55,142 bases of DNA from Chryseobacterium gleum (GTDB lineage: Bacteria; Bacteroidota; Bacteroidia; Flavobacteriales_C; GCA-002722245). The stretch is from contig CAMBXP010000004.1 of the NCBI GenBank assembly GCA_945871895.1, positions 1 through 55,142 on the forward strand, in the 5' to 3' direction. Of the stretch, positions 26,183 to 33,504 are shown one piece after another. How positions within the stretch are numbered: position 1 is the first letter of the stretch; every line of letters begins with the position of its first letter. The position numbers and the translations under genes were made by a program. The notes beneath the pieces are model-generated. The model did not search any database and was not told the origin of the DNA. It worked only from the letters and a program-made list of their open reading frames with translations.

Positions 26183-27442
26183 ATGGAAATATTCATCATC
26201 ATTGCTGCCTCTTTACTCTTCTCAGCCATCTTCTCGGGCATGGAAATCGCCTTCGTTTCTGCCAATAAAATGGAAATTGAATTGGAAGGCAAATCGGGAG
26301 GGTTTTTAGCAGGTATCGTTTCTAAATTTGTAAGCACCCCCTCTCGCTTTTTGGCCACCATGTTAATTGGAAACAACATCTCATTAGTAGTTTACTCCAC
26401 TTACATGGAAGGTATTTTAGAAGAAAGTTTAGCCAATCATGTGGGCAATCTTTTTCTTTTGTTCTTCTTACAAACCATTATCTCTACTGCCATCATCTTA
26501 ATTTTAGGAGAATATATTCCAAAAAATATTTTTAGAACCTATCCTATCAAAGCTCTCAAACTTTTTGCTGCACCTATCTATGTTTTCTATCTATTGTTGA
26601 AATGGGTAGTTGCCTTTACCATTTGGGTTTCGCGAATGTTTTTGAAAGTTGTCTTCAAGACAGAAGTATCTGATGAACCGCCTATTTTCGACCGCCTCGA
26701 CTTAGAAAAATACTTGGAGGATCGCACGAGTCAGATCGACGAAAACGCACAAGTAGACCACGAAGTACACATTTACAAAAACGCACTCGATTTTTCGAAC
26801 ATCAAAGCGCGCGAATGTATGGTTCCTCGTACCGAACTTATTTGCATGGACATTCAGTCATCGGTACCCTCTTTGGTAAAAACTTTTACAGAAACAGGTT
26901 TATCTAAAGTTTTAATTTTTAGAGGTTCTATAGACAACATCGTTGGTTTTGTGCACACCATGGAGCTTTTCAAGAATCCGAAAGAAATTAAAACCATGAC
27001 CTTACCCGTTTTTTATGTGCCCGAAACCATGCCTGCCGATCAATTGCTAAACGCCTTCATTCAAAAGAAAAAGAGCGTGGCCATAGTGGTTGATGAATTC
27101 GGTGGAACATCGGGCATGATTACCATGGAAGATGTAATGGAAGAAATTTTTGGGGAGATTGAAGACGAACACGATTCACCAGAATTGATAGAAGAACAAA
27201 TTGACGACAATGAATTTTTATTCTCGGCACGTATTGAAATTGACTACCTCAACCAAAAATACAATTTGAATTTACCAACCGATGATGGGTATGAAACCTT
27301 GGCCGGACTCATCTTCGCGCACCACGAAACCATACCTAAAGATGGTGAACACATCATTATTCACGCCTTCGATTTCTTGATAGAAAAAGTAAGCAACAAC
27401 CGCATCGATTTGGTGAGGGTTTTCAATCGAAAGGAGAATTAA
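26183..27442 (+). CDS. CNNM/hemolysin-family protein (DUF21 - CBS pair - CorC_HlyC), GldE-like
   Basis: N-terminal DUF21 TM domain (SGMEIAFVSANK). CBS region (ARECMVPRTELICMD, IVGFVH). C-terminal CorC_HlyC (VVDEFGGTSGMITMEDVMEEIFGEIEDEHD ... GYETLAGLIF). Confidence 0.85.
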   Translation: MEIFIIIAASLLFSAIFSGMEIAFVSANKMEIELEGKSGGFLAGIVSKFVSTPSRFLATMLIGNNISLVVYSTYMEGILEESLANHVGNLFLLFFLQTIISTAIILILGEYIPKNIFRTYPIKALKLFAAPIYVFYLLLKWVVAFTIWVSRMFLKVVFKTEVSDEPPIFDRLDLEKYLEDRTSQIDENAQVDHEVHIYKNALDFSNIKARECMVPRTELICMDIQSSVPSLVKTFTETGLSKVLIFRGSIDNIVGFVHTMELFKNPKEIKTMTLPVFYVPETMPADQLLNAFIQKKKSVAIVVDEFGGTSGMITMEDVMEEIFGEIEDEHDSPELIEEQIDDNEFLFSARIEIDYLNQKYNLNLPTDDGYETLAGLIFAHHETIPKDGEHIIIHAFDFLIEKVSNNRIDLVRVFNRKEN

Positions 27443-27445
27443 ACA

Positions 27446-27572
27446 GTTGCTATACCACAGGTGGGATTATCTCCCACAGATCGCGCAGATTTTCACAGAG
27501 GTTCCAAATAAATAAACTGTATATCAGCGTGGCTTCTGCGGAAATCTGCGTGATCTGTGGGAGCATAAGCAA
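27446..27572. repeat. Palindromic intergenic element (31-nt arms CTCCCACAGATCGCGCAGATTTT... / ...AAATCTGCGTGATCTGTGGGAG)
   Basis: Arms 27471-27501 and 27533-27563 are complementary at about 27/31 positions. Outer GTTGCTATA / CATAAGCAAC flanks partly pair. Confidence 0.7.
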
Positions 27573-27614
27573 CTATTTCTTATTTGAGCGTTTTATGTTT
27601 TTAAATCTATTGTT

Positions 27615-28238
27615 ATGATTAGAAAATTAAAGACGCTTTTTATATTTTATTTGGCTGTTACTTTATTTGTAATTGCTTGTTGTAAACCCCCTCTAGATTA
27701 TTTCATAATCGATTCGCTCAATGTTGAACTTACAGGGAAACAAAATTACTCTAACATCTCTCAAGGAGACACTTTGTATTATACTAATAACAAAGAGTAT
27801 GTAGATTCTAATTTGGCAAATACAGATACTATGTACTTATCATTGATTCTAAACACAATGTATGTTGCCGAAAATCAAATTAATTTTATCTCGTCTGCCT
27901 ACGCTTCAAAGTGCAAGTCTAATGGAAAATATGGCTTAAAAAATAAAATTAAAAAAATACAGATAATGAGCAATCAACCTTTTCAAAATAGAGCAGCATA
28001 TAGTAGTATAAATGATTTATTAAACTTTCAATATTCACAACATTACGGTGACCCTCAAATTCACACTCATGATTCTGTGGTTAATTTTTTGAATACAAAT
28101 AAATTTTATTTCAATCCTGTGTTTATCTCCATTCCTCAAAAACCAAACAACAATTCACACTTCCGATTTATTACAGAATTAGAATTTGAAGACGGACAAA
28201 AAATACGAGATAGTAGTGTAGTATTGAAGTGGGAATAA
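27615..28238 (+). CDS. Hypothetical lipoprotein (207 aa)
   Basis: Signal/lipobox LAVTLFVIACC. Asn/Tyr-rich and AT-rich coding sequence. No family recognised. Confidence 0.6.
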   Translation: MIRKLKTLFIFYLAVTLFVIACCKPPLDYFIIDSLNVELTGKQNYSNISQGDTLYYTNNKEYVDSNLANTDTMYLSLILNTMYVAENQINFISSAYASKCKSNGKYGLKNKIKKIQIMSNQPFQNRAAYSSINDLLNFQYSQHYGDPQIHTHDSVVNFLNTNKFYFNPVFISIPQKPNNNSHFRFITELEFEDGQKIRDSSVVLKWE

Positions 28239-28401
28239 ATTATGCCTATTATGAAAAATATTCCGCTTAAGAGTGTACTTTCTTTTCTCTTCGAGACTCA
28301 CACGCTCCCCAACGCATTGCCTTAATCCATTCCAATTAACACAAAATTAAACTTGTCTTTTCAATTCGCTTTCCTATTTTCATCACCCCTAAACAAAAAT
28401 T

Positions 28402-29037
28402 ATGTTTCTCAAAAAAATATTATCGCTTTTCGGAATAGTAGTAATCACCATGTTTTTTTTATCCTCATCTTGTAAAAAAGATAAGAAAATAGAAATCACG
28501 CCTTATTACCTTAATAAAGAAATTAAAGACTATTTAGATTTTAAACCAGGTTCTTATTGGATTTACAGAGATACAGCAACGAAGCAGGAAGATTCTGTAT
28601 ATGTGTTTAACTATCGTTACGGCATTTCAAAAACACCATATAAATCTTACGAATTAGAATGGATACATTATAATCAAAAATGGAAAAACAAAGAAATTGT
28701 AACCAGCATATATTGTGCCGACGAATCGCCTCCAAACTACTGCTTTAGCACTTACACTAATACTGAAGCTACAGGTGGAGGAGGGCTTCATTCCTTACTT
28801 TATATAGATAATGCAAATACTCCAACAAATGCATTTGAACCTGGAGCAGATTTAATCCACTATACAACAATTAAAATATTAGACTCTACTTTTACGGATG
28901 TTTATTTTTATTCAGCTAGTTTTAACGGCTACAATCTGCTGCATGGTGCGTATTTTAAAAAACACGTAGGTATAGTAAGAATGGACTTTATGGATAGTAC
29001 TGTTTATGAATTGGTTCGTTATCATGTACTTCAATAG
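28402..29037 (+). CDS. Hypothetical lipoprotein (211 aa)
   Basis: Signal/lipobox VITMFFLSSSC. No family recognised. Confidence 0.6.
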   Translation: MFLKKILSLFGIVVITMFFLSSSCKKDKKIEITPYYLNKEIKDYLDFKPGSYWIYRDTATKQEDSVYVFNYRYGISKTPYKSYELEWIHYNQKWKNKEIVTSIYCADESPPNYCFSTYTNTEATGGGGLHSLLYIDNANTPTNAFEPGADLIHYTTIKILDSTFTDVYFYSASFNGYNLLHGAYFKKHVGIVRMDFMDSTVYELVRYHVLQ

Positions 29038-29083
29038 TTTATTATCAATTCAACTTAGAAAAAATAACACTTATTTACATTTT

Positions 29084-29404
29084 ATGAGAAAGTTTTTCCT
29101 TTTTTTGTCTTTTGCATTTACTTGTTCAATTGCGATTGCCTCTGAACACGATGGCTTAGGCCTTGTTTCCATAATAAATTCTAAAGAATTGAATAATCAA
29201 AATGGAAGTTTTACAGTTGACCTTAAATTAAATTTTAGTGAAGAAGTAATTTTAAATCAAAGCATTGTTGCTTCACGCTTGCCCGAGGGTTTTTCTATCG
29301 TACCAGTAGCCATAGGTGGAAATTACTCCGCCGGGAATTCAGTGCATTATTCGCTTACAGTTAATTATGATAAAACGCATTTACCTTTTTTTCGAAGGAA
29401 ATAA
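29084..29404 (+). CDS. N-terminal fragment (signal peptide + first domain) of a disrupted secreted metalloprotease gene
   Basis: ORF 29006..29404 trimmed to ATG 29084 (MRKFFLFLSFAFTCSIAIA/SE signal peptide). It ends 57 nt before the next ORF. That ORF's frame is open back to 29374, so the two overlap in open frame across a T7 run (29386-29392). Confidence 0.6.
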   Translation: MRKFFLFLSFAFTCSIAIASEHDGLGLVSIINSKELNNQNGSFTVDLKLNFSEEVILNQSIVASRLPEGFSIVPVAIGGNYSAGNSVHYSLTVNYDKTHLPFFRRK

Positions 29405-29460
29405 TAGTACAAATCCCATATATTCAAAATGGCGAGCAAAAGGCATTTTTAGCTTCATTT

Positions 29461-32400
29461 ATGGTTTATTTTACTCCATATGGCACCACTGAAATTTGGG
29501 ATTTAAAGGATTATACAAAATTAAAACGAGTTTGGTTGAGCGGGAATGAGGAAAGTAAAATTCGACAAAATATTTCTAAAACAAATATCCCTGTTTCTAC
29601 ATTGCCGGAAAATTATCGTGATTCTATTCCCGATTCATTGATTTCATTAAAATATGTTGAAGGATTGGCTTATGCTGTTCCTATGTTATATTCAGGTGAA
29701 TCAAATATTAGTTATAAAGCGGAGAGTGTTTTTAATTCTTGTGTAACAAAAATTAAAGGCACAGTAAAAGGATACTTTTGGAATGAAAAATATTTAGTTT
29801 GGGACTATTTACCCCTTGAAGGGTTGGAGGTAAAAATTAGGGGGCTTAATCTAAGTCCAGCAATACCAATAGCCACCGTTATCACTAACAAAAATGGAGA
29901 ATTTGAATACACTTACGTTCAGTCATTTTGTATAAATACAATATTCTATGCCGATGTTTACGCCCAAAACGAGGAGCATGATATAAAAGGGAAATTTGGA
30001 AAATATTCATTGGTGGTAAAAAAACAAACTTCAGCAATAATAACAGTTGATGATAATGGCAATGTAGATTTAGGCACTATAGAAGGACTGAATGAACATA
30101 AAGCAGTTTCTTTGGCCTATAAAGCTTGGGAATTTTGTGAAGCACAAGGGCTAAGCATAGATAAAGGGTTGTCGGTATTGTATTACGATGTAGAAAATCC
30201 TAATGACGGTGCATATTATAATGCTGTTACCAAGAATATTTATTGCCCGAGTAATGCCGCTATTGATGAAAGTACAATTTATCATGAATTTGGGCACTTT
30301 GTTATGGATATCGTTCAGAAAGATAAAATTTCATTGGCCGACCCAGGAGGTTCTCACTCTTTTTCAAGTGATTTAATTCCGGCTCAAGCATGGACAGAAG
30401 GATGGGCAAATGCATTTGAAGCAATGGTAGATGCATATCACCGTAATTACGATAATGAATATGGTTTATTTGGTTGGGGACCAGGAGTCAGTCCAATAAA
30501 TATTGATTTATATAATAGTGCCGTTATAAAATCTGTTAGTAACGGTTTCCACACCGAATACGCTGTTGCATGCTCTATTTTTGATTTTTGGGATGGCGCC
30601 TTCTTGGGAGGAAATACTTGGAGTGACTATGGGCAAGACCAAATCAATCTTAGTTTTAAAGAAATAATAGCCCCTTTCGATGATTATGCTCCCGATGATT
30701 TTTTTGAATATTTTGAACGATTATTAGCACGCTCCCCGCTAAATACAAACTTAAAATTGCGAAGCGAAGCTGGAAATATTCTTCGTTTGAATGAAATGGT
30801 AAGACATGTAAGTAGTTATGAGTTAATATATGATTCTGGATCAACTAAATTGCGCTGGGAATTCAATGATGATGGTAATGGAACAATCGCAACTGGCCCA
30901 GTACAAAGAACAACACAAAACGAAACCAATTATGTGGTACTTATTCCATATATAACCACCTACAAAATGGTGTATTATAATCCAGGAGCAAATTTTGATA
31001 TCGCAGCAACGGCAAATATGAATTTCACCGATCCTATTGCTTCTGGGCCTAATATTAAAAATCTTACTTATCGTTCCAGCACCTCTGTTCTTCGCACAGG
31101 CACAACTTATGGCAGGGCTAATATTTCTGTATTAAACAATGGAAATGTATTTATTGGTGGTGTTAATGGCGCTAATCCATTTGAATTAATTATTGGTGAA
31201 CAAACATACATGAATATTCAAAGTGGAGGAATTGTAACCATTCGCAAAGGTTCGCCATTAAGAATACAAAAAAATGGAACACTAAGAATGCACGGTGGAG
31301 CTACAATGATTATTGAAGATGGCGCAAAACTTATCGTTGAAACAAATGCTTATTTATGTCTTTCATCATCTACTAATATTCAGGTGCTGGGCAATTTTTC
31401 TACATCCCTACAAGTATCTGTATACCAAAAAGGAGTGCATTCATTTACTCAACTTAACCCTTCTTATGTTTGCGAAGGATTGGAAGAGTTATTTCCATAT
31501 AATTACTCAGGAATGAGTTTACAAAAAATAGGAAATGTAAATTGCGTAAATGGTCAATTTCAATTTAAAGTCACAGGAGCTTTTCCAATTAATGCGCAAA
31601 ATCCAAAAATCTGCTGGGCTTTTCCAAGTGAGTGGACTGTAAATTCGAATCCTAATTGCGAATCATGGGCAACTGACGCTGGCGGTTCGGTAAACGATTG
31701 GGGCAATAAAAATTACGCTCCTGGAGAAGTGAAAGTCTTAATCAGCTCTTCTTTAGGCTTGCAATCTTTCTCTTATTATGTTGCTCCGGTTTCATATCCT
31801 GTGCTTACTTCATTGAGTGATAATCCATATTATATTTGTCAAACTGATGTAAAAGGAGGAGTTAAAATTCAGGCTGCGGGAGGAGTAGGAAGTACTTACA
31901 ATTTCACATGGACAAATCACTGGGGATTGAATCATACCATTACCAACACCGCAAATTCTTCTAACTTGAAATTTGTTTCTCCACAGTGGTCTACATCGGC
32001 ACAAACAGCACAAATAATTGCTACTGATGCTAATGGCTGTACAAGTGCTCCTTTAGCTGTTACGGTGTATCCAAATTCAAACGGTTGGACTTCAGCGCCA
32101 ATGTACACCTCTAGCCAAAATCAACATTCAACGATGAGCGAAACAAATCCTTACGCTAAATATGTATCTGAACAAAAAGGAAATGTTTATTACGTGGGTA
32201 ACGACCATAAAATTTATACTTACACTTACGTTGTAAATGCTTGGCAGAATTATGCTATTCCGCAAGGTGCTTCCGTAGCCAATGCTGCAGGACCCATCAT
32301 CATGAAAGAACTTTCCCCTGGCAATAGAATTTTGTATTATGTTGGTACCGATGGTAAAATTTATGCCCTTGAGGCTACTGGTGGCAGTGCCACATGGACG

Positions 32401-32616
32401 GCAAATTCATCATTAACCATTAACGCAGGCATCACCAGTTTTCCAGAATGGTCGAAATTAGCCTTAGTAAAAAAAGGGGCAAATACTGTTTTGGTATATG
32501 AGAAAAATGGCTCTTTGTACGATGAAACAAATGCCTTACTTACCAATATTTCGAATGTTGGCGTAAGCATTAACGGAGGCTTGGAAATAGCATCGTTCAA
32601 CAACGTTATTTTTTAA
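29461..32616 (+). CDS. Central fragment: HExxH zinc-metalloprotease-like domain + beta-helix-like region + repeated blades; no signal peptide
   Basis: STIYHEFGHFVMD ... TEGWANAFEAMVD is an HExxH plus downstream EGxA pattern, as in MA-clan peptidases. C-terminal repeated units (NVYYVGNDHKIYTYTY, RILYYVGTDGKIYALEA). The N-terminus MVYFTPYGTTEIW is not a signal peptide. Confidence 0.7.
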   Translation: MVYFTPYGTTEIWDLKDYTKLKRVWLSGNEESKIRQNISKTNIPVSTLPENYRDSIPDSLISLKYVEGLAYAVPMLYSGESNISYKAESVFNSCVTKIKGTVKGYFWNEKYLVWDYLPLEGLEVKIRGLNLSPAIPIATVITNKNGEFEYTYVQSFCINTIFYADVYAQNEEHDIKGKFGKYSLVVKKQTSAIITVDDNGNVDLGTIEGLNEHKAVSLAYKAWEFCEAQGLSIDKGLSVLYYDVENPNDGAYYNAVTKNIYCPSNAAIDESTIYHEFGHFVMDIVQKDKISLADPGGSHSFSSDLIPAQAWTEGWANAFEAMVDAYHRNYDNEYGLFGWGPGVSPINIDLYNSAVIKSVSNGFHTEYAVACSIFDFWDGAFLGGNTWSDYGQDQINLSFKEIIAPFDDYAPDDFFEYFERLLARSPLNTNLKLRSEAGNILRLNEMVRHVSSYELIYDSGSTKLRWEFNDDGNGTIATGPVQRTTQNETNYVVLIPYITTYKMVYYNPGANFDIAATANMNFTDPIASGPNIKNLTYRSSTSVLRTGTTYGRANISVLNNGNVFIGGVNGANPFELIIGEQTYMNIQSGGIVTIRKGSPLRIQKNGTLRMHGGATMIIEDGAKLIVETNAYLCLSSSTNIQVLGNFSTSLQVSVYQKGVHSFTQLNPSYVCEGLEELFPYNYSGMSLQKIGNVNCVNGQFQFKVTGAFPINAQNPKICWAFPSEWTVNSNPNCESWATDAGGSVNDWGNKNYAPGEVKVLISSSLGLQSFSYYVAPVSYPVLTSLSDNPYYICQTDVKGGVKIQAAGGVGSTYNFTWTNHWGLNHTITNTANSSNLKFVSPQWSTSAQTAQIIATDANGCTSAPLAVTVYPNSNGWTSAPMYTSSQNQHSTMSETNPYAKYVSEQKGNVYYVGNDHKIYTYTYVVNAWQNYAIPQGASVANAAGPIIMKELSPGNRILYYVGTDGKIYALEATGGSATWTANSSLTINAGITSFPEWSKLALVKKGANTVLVYEKNGSLYDETNALLTNISNVGVSINGGLEIASFNNVIF

Positions 32617-32646
32617 AGAAAACAGGGTTATTTTGCCAAATACAAC

Positions 32647-33384
32647 ATGGATACGAGAATAGAAACTGTTTATTCTACTATGTATGTAGATGAGTACTCA
32701 GACCTTAGCGCCAGCAATAGCGGTGATGTTTGGTTTACTCAATGGGGAACTATGTACAACTACAACTGGTTTACCAATAACTTTACAGGAGTGTGGGATG
32801 CCTATAATCAATCTCAAAATTTTAGCATCAACAAAACATCGGGAGTGGTTTACTTTGCAAAACTCAACGATTTCTACCAGCTGTATTATTCGGCAAGTAG
32901 CAATTCTTGGAAAACAAATAAAATAGGCTATGGTTACCCGAATGGAGCGATTCATTTTTCTAACCCGAACGTGTTTTACAATTCGGGTAGTTATGTACAC
33001 GACTTGTTTTACTATTTACAAGGCTGTGAGCCATCTATCTTTAAAACAGGCGATCTAGAATTCTCCACTGGTCCCGAGGATTATTTAGATTTAGGCAAGC
33101 CTCGTATAAACGAAGAAAATAATGACAAAATAAAAATCACTGTTTTTCCTCAACCAGCCAACGATGGGAATTTTGTAGTTTCGTACACATTAGGTGTTGA
33201 AACTAAAATAAAAATTGAACTTTACGATATCACAGGTAAATTAATGCAAAACTTAAGTAGCAATAGCCAAACTGAAGGACATCACGAAGAAAGTTTTAAC
33301 GTAAATGTAGCCGATGGAATTTATTTGGTTCGATTGAATACTGAAAGTGGATTGAATACAACAAAGAAATTAATTATAAAATGA
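32647..33384 (+). CDS. C-terminal fragment: further blade repeats + T9SS type A (Por_Secre_tail) sorting domain
   Basis: Same reading frame as 29461..32616, separated only by TAA 32614-32616 plus 10 sense codons. Blades DVWFTQWGTMYNYNW and GVVYFAKLNDFYQLYY. C-terminal ITVFPQPANDGNFVVSY ... IELYDITGKLM ... DGIYLVRLNTESG..TKKLIIK. Confidence 0.7.
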   Translation: MDTRIETVYSTMYVDEYSDLSASNSGDVWFTQWGTMYNYNWFTNNFTGVWDAYNQSQNFSINKTSGVVYFAKLNDFYQLYYSASSNSWKTNKIGYGYPNGAIHFSNPNVFYNSGSYVHDLFYYLQGCEPSIFKTGDLEFSTGPEDYLDLGKPRINEENNDKIKITVFPQPANDGNFVVSYTLGVETKIKIELYDITGKLMQNLSSNSQTEGHHEESFNVNVADGIYLVRLNTESGLNTTKKLIIK

Positions 33385-33390
33385 TGAAAA

Positions 33391-33413
33391 AGCCCGTAAA
33401 AACGGGCTTTTTT
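33391..33413 (+). terminator. Rho-independent terminator
   Basis: AGCCCGT-AAAA-ACGGGCT followed by a T6 run, 7 nt after the stop codon. Confidence 0.8.
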
Positions 33414-33504
33414 CTTATGCCTTTGTTAAGCCAATATTATTTACATTTCTTTTTATTTTTCCCTTATTCTATTGTATATTCGTGCCTCTTAAAAAATTAT
33501 ATCA

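Noticed and set aside
26183-27442. Naming the CNNM/CBS/CorC protein gldE.
   Set aside because: The domain architecture matches GldE, but the same architecture is shared by generic hemolysin/CorC-family proteins. The usual gldD neighbour is absent, so I kept only the family-level call.
29386-29392. Programmed -1 ribosomal frameshifting at U UUU UUU as the normal way to express the protease.
   Set aside because: The heptamer is formally slippery. I see no convincing stimulatory hairpin or pseudoknot 5-9 nt downstream, and the same gene also carries an in-frame TAA. Decay or a sequencing error is more parsimonious, so I report it as an alternative and not a call.
32614-32616. Stop-codon reassignment or an alternative genetic code to explain the in-frame TAA.
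   Set aside because: TAA terminates conserved genes elsewhere in the window at their expected C-termini (e.g. the response regulator at 29-31 and higA at 19962-19964). The organism therefore uses the standard bacterial code.
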